A DNA stretch of 64,000 nucleotides. Source: Deltaproteobacteria bacterium (lineage in GTDB: Bacteria; UBA10199; DSSB01; JACPFA01). Shown in pieces: positions 8,497 to 17,295 of this stretch. The DNA lies in the NCBI GenBank assembly GCA_016183235.1, contig JACPFA010000021.1, positions 33,596-97,595 on the forward strand, read 5' to 3'. The first letter of the stretch is position 1. Each line of letters starts with the position of its first letter. Made by a program: the position numbers and the translations under genes. Under the pieces are notes generated by a model that was given only the letters and a program-made list of their open reading frames with translations, did no database searches and was not told where the DNA came from.

Positions 8497-10125
8497 TCAT
8501 AATCTTTTTCTTTGCCATCGAGCCAATAGCAACACGACCAAACCGCTTAGCAAAAATTGGATGAATATGGGGCTGGAGGCTTGCGAGGTTAGGTTACAAC
8601 CCTTGGAGCCAGTTTCTTGGGTTGTCGTTGGGTTGAAGTCCTTCTTTTCAGTATTGTTGATCGTGCCTGTGGGCGACGGCTTAGGTGCGGGTTGGGTACT
8701 GGCTGGAGGTTGAGTACTGGCTACAGGTTGAGGCGTTTCATCACAAACACTCGGATGATCGCTGTCTGAATCTTTTTGGTCTGGGTTGGCAACCATGGGG
8801 CAATTATCAAGGTCATTTTTGACACCATCACCATCGATGTCACTATCACAGGCATCGCCTTCAGCGTCGCCATCTAGATTTTTTTGATCGGTATTAGGAG
8901 TGATGAGGCAGTTGTCGGCACCATTGGGTACATCATCACTATCCATGTCACCATCGCAAGCATCTCCGCCATCATTCTGCCCATCGGTGTTTTTTTGGTC
9001 TGGGTTGGCAACCATGGGGCAATTGTCTTTTTCATCAAGAACTTTATCGTTGTCGTCATCGACGTCACAGATATCGCCATAAATATCATCGTCAGTATTT
9101 TTTTGATCAGGGTTGGCATCATTCGGGCAATTATCACCCGGTTCCAAAACACCGTCGCCATCTTTATCATATTGAATTTCATAAACTCCATTGCCAGTGC
9201 CGGCGTAGAGTTTATTGCCAAAAACAGCAAAGGACAAAACATTCTGGGCATTCGCCACCATCATTTTATCGAGACCAGCTTGTTTCCATTGGCTACCATC
9301 AAAACTAAAAACGCCTTGCCCATCGGTTCCAGCATAAAGAGTTTTGTTAAATACAATGAAGGCATTGATTTTTTTATTGATCAGGGCTTGCTCGGCAAGA
9401 GTCCATTGGTCATTCACCCCCCTGTAATGGAAAACTCTACCATTTTCAGTGCCAGCACGGAGTAAGTTAATAAAAAAGGTTAAAGCCGAGACTTTCAGGT
9501 CTGAAAGCCCATTAGATTTTGCAACCCAGCCTTTATTGATATCAAATAAAAACACCCCCTCGTTGGTTGCAATATAAAATTTGGTGCTCGAAGCAGCCAT
9601 CGCTCGAACACTTTTGTCGTTAAGACCTTTATTAAAAGCTTCCATCTGATTCTTATCGGCATTTAATTTAAACACTCCATCTAGGGGGGTACTGGCAAAG
9701 AGCGTGTCTTTATTTTCAAAGGGATAAATGACCAGATGGTCGACTGTTTTGGTGGAATCTAAACCAGGGATAGGATTAGACCATGTGCCTTCTTTAATGG
9801 AATAAGATTTTACCCCACCATCAAAGATGCCGGCATAAAGCATTGCGTCAAGGACCATAAGACTTTGTATATTTTTGCTAGCAAGTAGGTCTGGTTTTAA
9901 AGGGGTCCAATTATTACCATCATATTTGTATACACCGTCTTCTTTGGTGCCCGCATAGAGGGGGGTCAAAGCACGGTAGTCGGTTAAAGCTTGAACCGTT
10001 TTTCCTTCAAGCCCCGTAAGGCCCCAATGGTTAATTTCAGCTTGAGTGGAATGTGGCAAAAAAAATTGAAAAAAGATAACGATGGCTAAAGACAATAAAT
10101 TAATTTTTCGAAACATACCCCTCAC
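8497..10125 (-). CDS. Secreted 7-bladed beta-propeller-like protein with thrombospondin type-3 repeats and a C-terminal GCNL-TM-basic sorting tag (paralog 1)
   Basis: Signal peptide. Seven (L/F)YAGT..G(V)(F/Y) blade motifs. At least four DNCPxxxNPDQxDxD TSP3 repeats (about 8745-9135). Pro/Thr linker. Tail is SKGCNL + hydrophobic helix + RWQRKRL. Confidence 0.75.
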   Translation of the reverse strand: MRGMFRKINLLSLAIVIFFQFFLPHSTQAEINHWGLTGLEGKTVQALTDYRALTPLYAGTKEDGVYKYDGNNWTPLKPDLLASKNIQSLMVLDAMLYAGIFDGGVKSYSIKEGTWSNPIPGLDSTKTVDHLVIYPFENKDTLFASTPLDGVFKLNADKNQMEAFNKGLNDKSVRAMAASSTKFYIATNEGVFLFDINKGWVAKSNGLSDLKVSALTFFINLLRAGTENGRVFHYRGVNDQWTLAEQALINKKINAFIVFNKTLYAGTDGQGVFSFDGSQWKQAGLDKMMVANAQNVLSFAVFGNKLYAGTGNGVYEIQYDKDGDGVLEPGDNCPNDANPDQKNTDDDIYGDICDVDDDNDKVLDEKDNCPMVANPDQKNTDGQNDGGDACDGDMDSDDVPNGADNCLITPNTDQKNLDGDAEGDACDSDIDGDGVKNDLDNCPMVANPDQKDSDSDHPSVCDETPQPVASTQPPASTQPAPKPSPTGTINNTEKKDFNPTTTQETGSKGCNLTSQASSPIFIQFLLSGLVVLLLARWQRKRL

Positions 10126-10152
10126 CCCCTAATTAAATAACTAATTAAATAA

Positions 10153-11427
10153 CTAGTTCTTTTTTATTCTCTGTGGGCGTAGCCTTAGGGCTAAACCCAT
10201 AAAAAAGAATAGAGTGAAAAACCAAATAAACCCCACAGATGATTGAGCTGAGGCGTTTAAACTACATCCACTACCCCCGCCCGTAGGTGGAGTGGTGGCT
10301 TTGACTATTGTAAAATCAGGGTCACAAACATTGCCAATCCCATCGGCATCATCGTCTTTTTGATCGACGTTAGCAGCTTTAGGGCAATTGTCGCTTGCAT
10401 CGACCACACCATCACCATCGGTGTCAGCTGCGGGTGGCGAAGGAGGGGTAGAAGCAGGTGGCAGTTCAGGTTCAGTTGATGGAGGTGGTGAAGGTGGCGT
10501 AGCATCTCCTGGACTTGTTTGAAAATGAATCTCATACACCTGATTCTCAATGAGTGCATAGAGACTTGATCTATCGGCACTCAATTTCGTGGCAGGTTTG
10601 GATAGAGGCTTAAAAGATTCCCACTTACTTTTGTTGAGACTATAGATATTTTTATCAGGTGTAGCGGCGAGTAACGTGTCATTGTATTCTATCAGATCGG
10701 TTATGGATAGAGAGCCCAAACCGTCGGAAGCACTCTTAAAAAGGGCATCGGCATCCTTTTTGTAAAAAATACCCTTACTTCGATAACTGACAAAAAGATG
10801 ACCGTCGAATGCAAGCAGGTCTGTTACCCAATCCTCGGGGAGTCCTACATTGAGTGCTTTTTCAAAACTATTGTTGGAGATGAAAAACAAACCTTCATTG
10901 GTTCCTACGTATGAGCTGCTACCAAAGCGGTAAAATGCAGTGACTCGGGTTTGTTCCGCACTGCTGAGGATGCCCCAAGCTATACCCGCGCGGGAAATAA
11001 CACGACCTTCACTTGTTCCAAACATCAGGGTGTCACCTATACTGGTGAGCATGGTTATGGACTCAGCTGGAACGACACGAGGGGGTAATTCGACAGGTTT
11101 CCAATTTTTGTTCGTAAAGGAATAAAACCAAAGTTGGTAACCTCCGGCAGCAAAAAGTCCTTTATCGCTTGCGGCCAGATATTTAATGGGAGAACCTTCC
11201 GGGCCAAATTTTTCCCATCCACTACCATTATGATAAAAAACCCCTTCCTTAGTCCCTACGTAAAGGCCAGCTCTTGTGGTTGGATCGCCAATAAGATCAT
11301 ATAGTTGCAAACCATCTGGAAGGCCTTTAAGCTCGGTCCATTCGTTAACCCCTCCTTTGCTTGGAGTAGAAAATAACAAGATTAATACGACTACACAAAA
11401 TAGATTGGATAATTTGGACACCTTCAT
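10153..11427 (-). CDS. Secreted beta-propeller-like protein, one TSP3 repeat, GCSL-TM-basic tag (paralog 2)
   Basis: Signal peptide and seven blade-like motifs. Pro-rich linker, then DTDGDGVVDASDNCPKAANVDQKDDDADG. Tail is GGGSGCSL + helix + RLRPQRIKKN. Confidence 0.75.
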   Translation of the reverse strand: MKVSKLSNLFCVVVLILLFSTPSKGGVNEWTELKGLPDGLQLYDLIGDPTTRAGLYVGTKEGVFYHNGSGWEKFGPEGSPIKYLAASDKGLFAAGGYQLWFYSFTNKNWKPVELPPRVVPAESITMLTSIGDTLMFGTSEGRVISRAGIAWGILSSAEQTRVTAFYRFGSSSYVGTNEGLFFISNNSFEKALNVGLPEDWVTDLLAFDGHLFVSYRSKGIFYKKDADALFKSASDGLGSLSITDLIEYNDTLLAATPDKNIYSLNKSKWESFKPLSKPATKLSADRSSLYALIENQVYEIHFQTSPGDATPPSPPPSTEPELPPASTPPSPPAADTDGDGVVDASDNCPKAANVDQKDDDADGIGNVCDPDFTIVKATTPPTGGGSGCSLNASAQSSVGFIWFFTLFFFMGLALRLRPQRIKKN

Positions 11428-11527
11428 CCCATGCCTCCTAAGAAATTAAAGATTCCCAGTTCAATTAAGATTGTACGGGAAAGGGTAGGGCTTTGTAAAA
11501 TGTTTTTTTGTAAGTCAGGTTCCATTT

Positions 11528-11565
11528 ATGAAAAATATTATGAAAAATATGATATGAAAAATATG
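11528..11565. repeat. Short tandem repeat 3x ATGAAAAATAT(T/G) leading into a family-G hairpin remnant
   Basis: Read directly: ATGAAAAATATT ATGAAAAATATG AT ATGAAAAATATG, followed by ACGAAGGAACAATAAATTAAATAATTA, which recurs at 15698. Confidence 0.6.
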
Positions 11566-11981
11566 ACGAAGGAACAATAAATTAAATAATTACGACATGT
11601 TAAGCTTACTTATTTCGAAAGGAATTCTAAAATTCTTGAAGCAAAGGGTGTAGGTACAATAAGGAGGGGAATTTTTTTCTCTCCTGGATAATGAGGGAGT
11701 TTTGCCACGTATTCAGTCTGATAAGAAGGTTCAAAATTGCCGATCTTCACCAGACAAGAGCTTTGTGGTTCCAACAATGCAAAACAAAAGCATGAAACAA
11801 AAGCATGACGAAGGAATAGTAAATATAAGAATTACAAGGAGTTAAGCTTCCTCCGTCATACGATTCCTATATTTACATCACCTGCCAAGAATTGATTTTA
11901 ATTCGCTCTAATTTCTTTAAATTGCGTAAAATTAAGAAAAAATTATCTTGAAATTACGTAAAATCAAGATATGCTAGGGGA

Positions 11982-13301
11982 ATGGAATATTATAAAAGAC
12001 AGCTAGAAGATGCGTTGCTGGGTTATCTAAACGATCGGCAACTCCATAAAAATGTGCTTATCTTGGCGGGTGCTAGGCAAGTGGGGAAAACAACCCTCAT
12101 TGAGCAAATCACTCAAAAAAAGCCTGTTCTTTTACTCCATCTTGAAAAAGAACCCTCCATTGCAGAACACATCGATCGTTGCGAAAACTTTCAAGCCTTT
12201 GAGGATTACCTAAAAGAAGTTCATCGTTACCATCCCGAGAAACAAATTCTGGTCATTGATGAAGCACAAACCTCTCGCAAGCTAGGCAGTTTTGTGCGTT
12301 TTATGAAAGAGGATTGGGAATACGCCAATGTGATTATCACAGGCTCACTGGTTAGTGAAATTTACCAAGAAACCTCACGGACACCCGTAGGGCGAGAAAC
12401 TCATTTAGAACTTTGGCCCATGAGTTTCAAAGAATATTTGTTTGCCCTTGAACAAAACTCCCTGGTTAAGGCCTTGGAAGAATATCATCCCCTCCAGAGT
12501 TTTTCAGCGGAGAAACATGAACGATTATTAGAACATTTTAATCGTTATCTCGTGGTGGGGGGGCTGCCTGAGGTTGTGCGGTATGCGCTCCATGGTAAAG
12601 ATTTTCAAAAAATAAGAGCCGATATTTATAAAAGTTATGAAGATGATTTTATTCGTTATTATTCGATTGAAGAAGTTAATTTATTTAAACGCTCCATGGA
12701 AGCCGTGGCGAGCAATGTCGGATCCCCTAGCAAAGATAGTCAAGTCATACGATTGGATGCCCCCGGGTATAAAAAAGTTGCAAGTATCTTCGCTCGACTG
12801 GAAAAATGGAAACTCATCATCAAGTGTGAACAATTGGGCATTGAACCAGAAAAAAATAAATTTCATCCTAAACGTTATTTATATGATGTTGGTATATTGG
12901 GAGATCTGCGACTAAAAGGGTTACCCTTCATCGGTCTAGATGAATTACATTCGCCCATGCTTCGCACTCCACTGGGTGGTTTAATAGAAAATCACGTGGC
13001 ACTTTCACTTAAAATCCAATTTAATGATAATTTGTTTGGGCTAAGACTATCTTCTCGAGCTGAGATTGACTTTGCAGTAAAATTTAATCATCAAGTTTAC
13101 CCCGTTGAATGTAAACTCAGCCCAAAATTAAAAAATAATTTTTTAATTGGCCTGAAAACTTTTGAAAGTAAAATGGGTCTAAAGGGATTTCGTGGTTTCT
13201 TACTGTTTGGTGGTATGCCAAAGAAAATTGATGATCCAAAAGTGTTGGTACTTCCTTATTACTTTGCCGATGAAATAAAAAGATTGCTAGAAAGATTTTA
13301 G
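11982..13301 (+). CDS. AAA+ ATPase with DUF4143-type C-terminal domain
   Basis: 439 aa. Walker A GARQVGKTT and Walker B LVIDEAQ. Overall layout matches the widespread ATP-binding AAA/DUF4143 family. Confidence 0.75.
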   Translation: MEYYKRQLEDALLGYLNDRQLHKNVLILAGARQVGKTTLIEQITQKKPVLLLHLEKEPSIAEHIDRCENFQAFEDYLKEVHRYHPEKQILVIDEAQTSRKLGSFVRFMKEDWEYANVIITGSLVSEIYQETSRTPVGRETHLELWPMSFKEYLFALEQNSLVKALEEYHPLQSFSAEKHERLLEHFNRYLVVGGLPEVVRYALHGKDFQKIRADIYKSYEDDFIRYYSIEEVNLFKRSMEAVASNVGSPSKDSQVIRLDAPGYKKVASIFARLEKWKLIIKCEQLGIEPEKNKFHPKRYLYDVGILGDLRLKGLPFIGLDELHSPMLRTPLGGLIENHVALSLKIQFNDNLFGLRLSSRAEIDFAVKFNHQVYPVECKLSPKLKNNFLIGLKTFESKMGLKGFRGFLLFGGMPKKIDDPKVLVLPYYFADEIKRLLERF

Positions 13302-13405
13302 TGTTAGTGGATGGCTTTTCTAAAATGCAATTTTGGTGCAACAAATTACTATGAAGCAGAATTTTTCCCCATGTTGATTTGGGGTCAGACCATTAAATAA
13401 AAAAT

Positions 13406-13438
13406 AAGCCGGAGCTTAAGTTGGCTCCGGCTTATTTT
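13406..13438. terminator. Bidirectional rho-independent terminator
   Basis: 10-bp stem AAGCCGGAGC/GCTCCGGCTT with an 8-nt loop. A-tract upstream and T-tract downstream. Lies between convergent genes. Confidence 0.6.
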
Positions 13439-13456
13439 GCTAAATTTGAGGCAGTC

Positions 13457-14674
13457 TTATTTTTTTCGGAAATAAAGTAGCCTGCCTAGTCCTAGCAACA
13501 TGAGTGGCATAAATGTGAGCCACGAAAGTAGCGAGGTGCCAGGTGTGGAGAGGATGCTTAGACTACACCCACTGCTTTTACCTTCGCTAGGGGGTGGTTC
13601 GTTTTGACCAAAGTCAGGACCATCCGTGTCTAGGGGAGGTGTTGGGACGGGTGGGGTGGGGGATGGGGTTGGAGGCTGTTCGGGTTGTGCGGCGAAATGG
13701 ATTTCGTAGATTCGAGAAGTATTGCCGATGTAAAGACTACCATTTTTTGTAGGAGCTAGATGGATCACATTTATATTACCAAATGCCGAAGCTAGTGAGG
13801 GAGCAAAGGCTTGCCACGTTGAACCGTCTAAATAATGAAGACGACCGGGCTGTTGGCCAAATGCGATACGCACAAGTAAATAAAGGCGATCGCCATAACT
13901 TTCGAGTCCCATGATCGAAGCATTTGGTTCAAAAGTAAGGCCATCGGATATCTTTACAAAATTAGGTTTGTCAAAATCTTTGGCGTAGACTTCGGTATTA
14001 TAAGCAACAAAAAGGGTATTATTAAAGGTCGTGATAGCCTTGACATTCGCTGCTGGTAAAATGTCGTGGTTGGGCCTTATTGGGTTACCGTAGACGTAAA
14101 GCCCTTTACTGGTCCCTATTAAAATCATTTCATTAGGTTCATGTTGGTAGATGGCATTGATAAGCACAGTCATCTGCTGATTTGCAAGGTCGGGATACTG
14201 GGTGCGAAGATCAAGTGTTTGCCACGCACGCAGGTCGGCTCTCGTCGGAGCCAAGACTTTACCCCGGTTGGTTCCTAAGATGACATTGCCGTTACCCACG
14301 CTGATTGTGACAATTAATTCGTCGCCAGGAGGGGCTGGGATGGCAATTTCGTCCCAAATTCGTTTGCCGGAATTATAACGCCATAATTGTTTACCATCGG
14401 TAGTATAGAGAACATGGTTGATGATACCTATTTCTAAGATGATTTTATTTTGCAGGCCAAAGGGCTCCCAGCGATTTTCGGCATAAATATATTTATACAC
14501 ACCCGTATTGGTACCTGCATAAAGAGAACTTCCGCTACCACCTACGATACTGTTGATATTACGTACATTTCCGGGTGATAGTTCAGTCCACGCATTCAAT
14601 TCTGCGTGGCTGGTGCTGGTGATAGAAAATAAAAAGACAATGGCTAAGAAAGCCTTGAGTGTGTTCCCCTTCAT
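13457..14674 (-). CDS. Secreted beta-propeller-like protein, GCSL-TM-basic tag (paralog 3)
   Basis: 405 aa with a signal peptide, AELNAWTEL and blade motifs. Pro-rich linker, a truncated LDTDG TSP3 remnant, and tail SSGCSL + helix + RLLYFRKK. Confidence 0.75.
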   Translation of the reverse strand: MKGNTLKAFLAIVFLFSITSTSHAELNAWTELSPGNVRNINSIVGGSGSSLYAGTNTGVYKYIYAENRWEPFGLQNKIILEIGIINHVLYTTDGKQLWRYNSGKRIWDEIAIPAPPGDELIVTISVGNGNVILGTNRGKVLAPTRADLRAWQTLDLRTQYPDLANQQMTVLINAIYQHEPNEMILIGTSKGLYVYGNPIRPNHDILPAANVKAITTFNNTLFVAYNTEVYAKDFDKPNFVKISDGLTFEPNASIMGLESYGDRLYLLVRIAFGQQPGRLHYLDGSTWQAFAPSLASAFGNINVIHLAPTKNGSLYIGNTSRIYEIHFAAQPEQPPTPSPTPPVPTPPLDTDGPDFGQNEPPPSEGKSSGCSLSILSTPGTSLLSWLTFMPLMLLGLGRLLYFRKK

Positions 14675-14888
14675 AACCCTATACCTCCTAAATTAAAATT
14701 CACCCCCGCTTCTTTTATTGTAAAGAGCTTATCTGATGAGGGCAAGCCAAGAGTTGTTGAGCTAAGGGGATTTTTGTTAGAAAGGCAAACCTCTCAAGAA
14801 AATTGTGTATAAAGCGTTTTTCATTAGTGCAAAATAGACTTTATATGTTTTTTATTCATGAACTTGCTTGTCATCTTTTGGAAGGCTC

Positions 14889-14922
14889 TTGACAGCGGTT
14901 TTAAATTATGTACACTGTACAT
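14889..14922 (+). promoter_or_regulatory. Putative sigma-70 promoter with overlapping palindromic operator of the TA operon
   Basis: TTGACA (14889-14894), 16-nt spacer, TACACT (14911-14916). Perfect 7-1-7 palindrome ATGTACA-C-TGTACAT (14908-14922) lies 5 nt before the antitoxin ATG. Confidence 0.4.
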
Positions 14923-14926
14923 TGTT

Positions 14927-15172
14927 ATGAAACAGTTTTCTGCCACTGAGGCTCGAAAGAATTTTTTTAAACTTCTTGATTCTGCTGTAGAAGGCGAAAC
15001 AGTGACGATTAAAAGAAAAGGGATTGTATTAAAATTAGTTCCCAGCCGCCCCCAAAAAACTAAGAAGGTTTCGGGTTATTCTCCTTATATTCATAGCGAT
15101 GTGAGCAAGGCCGATCAATGGGTTTGGCATTGGGACCCAAACAAGGGGCTCATTTCTAAGAAAAACAGGTAG
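14927..15172 (+). CDS. Phd/YefM-type antitoxin
   Basis: Start moved to MKQFSATEARKNFFKLLD, the typical Phd/YefM N-terminus. The track ORF start at 14858 would run through the promoter. Followed 3 nt later by the PIN gene. Confidence 0.7.
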   Translation: MKQFSATEARKNFFKLLDSAVEGETVTIKRKGIVLKLVPSRPQKTKKVSGYSPYIHSDVSKADQWVWHWDPNKGLISKKNR

Positions 15173-15175
15173 CTC

Positions 15176-15556
15176 ATGTCTTCAAAAGAAGTGCTTCTCG
15201 ACACGCATGTCTTTTTATGGCTTCTCTCACAGTCAAAACGGCTAAAGTCTTTAATCTGGTTAAAGGACTTTTCTATTTATTGTATTTCACCAATTAGCAT
15301 TTTAGAAATAAGATTTCTTGAAGAATGTGGTCGATTGAAGATCGATTTGGAAAAAATCATCGAGGGGATTCGGTTTGATGGTCGATTTAAAATCGATGAT
15401 GTCTCGCTCGAAAGATTGTGCTTTCAGGCATTAGAAATTTCATGGACTCGTGATCCCTTTGACCGTTTTTTGGTAGCCCATAGTTCGCTTCGGCGAATCC
15501 CTTTAGGAACCTGTGATCATACGATCCAAAAGAACTACCCCAGGGTCGTTTTTTAG
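15176..15556 (+). CDS. vapC: PIN-domain toxin (VapC family)
   Basis: 126 aa. LLDTHVFLWLL N-terminal PIN motif and a C-terminal acidic residue (TCDHTI). Confidence 0.8.
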   Translation: MSSKEVLLDTHVFLWLLSQSKRLKSLIWLKDFSIYCISPISILEIRFLEECGRLKIDLEKIIEGIRFDGRFKIDDVSLERLCFQALEISWTRDPFDRFLVAHSSLRRIPLGTCDHTIQKNYPRVVF

Positions 15557-15688
15557 CTATTTCATCCTAAGCCAATGCCCAATTTTCATACTAACCTAAA
15601 GCGCCAGCTCCGCCAACCATGGAGCAGCTTTACAAATTTGGATTTTGTCGATCGTTCGTGGGGATAAATTTTTATCGTGAAAAATATT

Positions 15689-15757
15689 GAAAAATATGAC
15701 GAAGGAACAATAAATTAAATAATTATAATACGTTAGGCTTCCTTCGTCATATTTTTC
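15689..15757. repeat. Hairpin element, family G
   Basis: 18-nt arms GAAAAATATGACGAAGGA / TCCTTCGTCATATTTTTC around an AT-rich loop. Degenerate copies at about 11555-11620 and 11803-11866. Confidence 0.6.
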
Positions 15758-15850
15758 CTTTTGGATTACCGAGTTTGCAAAGACTTTAGAAATGCCAGAA
15801 ATTTGGGATGATGTGAAACATATCATCCAGCAGACGATTAAATAAAAAAT

Positions 15851-15884
15851 AAGCCGGAGTGTAGTTTCGCTCCGGCTTATTTTC
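15851..15884. terminator. Rho-independent terminator (duplicate of 13406)
   Basis: Stem AAGCCGGAG/CTCCGGCTT followed by ATTTT. Part of the duplicated segment. Confidence 0.55.
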
Positions 15885-15902
15885 CCTAAATTTAAAAAGG
15901 TC

Positions 15903-17130
15903 TTACTTTTTTCGGAAGTAAAATAGCCTGCCTAGTCCTAGCAACATGAGTGGCATAAATGTGAGCCACGAAAGTAGCGAGGTGCCAGGTGTGGAGAGGA
16001 TGCTTAGACTACACCCACTGCTTTTACCTTCGCTAGGGGGTGGTTCGTTTTGACCAAAGTCAGGTGGTATCGATGACACCATCACCATCTGTGTCTAGGG
16101 GAGGCGTTGGGACGGGTGGAGTGGGTGGTGGCGGTGGCGGTTCGGGTTGCGCGGGGAAGTGGATTTCGTAGATTCGAGAAGTATTGCCGATGTAAAGGCT
16201 GTCCTTGGTAGAAGTTAGGTAAAGCATGATTGTATTATTAAGGGTTGAAGCAATGGTAGGTGAGAATTCTTTCCAGCTTGAACCTTCGAGATAGAAAAGA
16301 CGACTTGGATAATCATTTCCACCACGTACCAATAGATAGAGACTCTCACCTTGTTTGGTAAAGCCCCTTACCACTGGCGCAGCCCGGTCAAACTCGAGAC
16401 CATCGGATAATTTCACAAAGTTAGATTGGTCAGAGGTTTTGGCATAAACTCCCGTTTTGTAGGCAACAAAAAGAGTGTTATTAAAGACAATAAGATCTTC
16501 TACACCATCTCGTGGTAGGACACCTCCGCCGATAGCCATCGGGGGATGAGATTGACCCACAATTGCTGCATAAAGCCCCCTGCTGGTTCCAATCACAATG
16601 ATTTTGGAATCATATTGGTGAATGGCACTGACTACAATAGTTTCATCCTCGAAATCGTAACTGTTCCAAACGGCTTGGTTAGGGCCAAACTCTCTGAACA
16701 CAAAGACCTTGCCTTTGTTGGTTCCTAGTATAAGGGTATCGTCACTCTTACTGAGAGAACGAATAACTTCTTCCCGTTCAAAAGAAGCAGGCAATGTAAG
16801 CTCATTCCATTTTTTGCCTGCGGCGTCGTAATGCCACAATTTCTTGCCATTAGCAGCATAGAGAACATGGTTGATGATACCTACTTCTAAGATGGTTTGG
16901 TCTTGCAGGCCAAGGGGCTCCCAACGATTTTCGGCGTAAATATATTTATGCACACCCTTATTGGTACCTGCATAGACATTAAGAGACATTTTGCCACCTA
17001 CGATGCTGTGAATGACGCCAACATCTCCGGGTGATAGTTCAGTCCACGCATTCAACTCTGCATGGCTGGTGCTGGTGATTGAAAATAAAAAGACAATGGC
17101 TAAGAAAGCCTTAAGTGTGTTCCCCTTCAT
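15903..17130 (-). pseudogene. Frameshifted paralog 4 of the propeller/GCSL-tag family
   Basis: The 356-aa ORF (16060-17130) stops after ..LDTDGDGVIDTT. The sorting tag (PDFGQNEPP..SSGCSL..FYFRKK) continues in another frame (15903-16088). Relative to paralog 3 there is a net +19-nt difference at 16065-16083. Confidence 0.65.
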
Positions 17131-17295
17131 AACCCTATACCTCCTAAATTAAAATTTACCCCCGCTTTTATTATAGGAAGCTTATCTGATGTGGGCAAGC
17201 TAGGAGTTGTTGAGCTAAGGGGATTTTTGTTAAAAAAACAAACCTCAATGCGAAGCGATGTAGAAACCGTTTTTTGTTAGTACAAGCGATGCACT

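Noticed and set aside
8874-9465. ORFs 8884-9465 (+), 8900-9082 (+) and 8874-9251 (-) overlapping the TSP3-repeat region
   Set aside because: These are by-products of the Asp-codon-rich repeats (GAT/GAC read as ATC/GTC on the other strand or frame). The 542-aa minus-strand frame has a signal peptide, domains and a sorting tag.
11640-11800. Unlisted minus-strand reading frame (..EPQSSCLVKIGNFEPSYQTEYVAKLPHYPGEKKIPLLIVPTPFASRILEFLSK*) in the 550-bp gap upstream of the AAA ATPase gene
   Set aside because: It is under 60 codons with no ATG and no RBS. It could be a gene remnant, but I cannot support it as a feature.
15596-15826. 76-aa minus-strand ORF between vapC and paralog 4
   Set aside because: It spans the family-G hairpin and AT-rich spacer, has odd composition and lacks an RBS. 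Considered non-coding.
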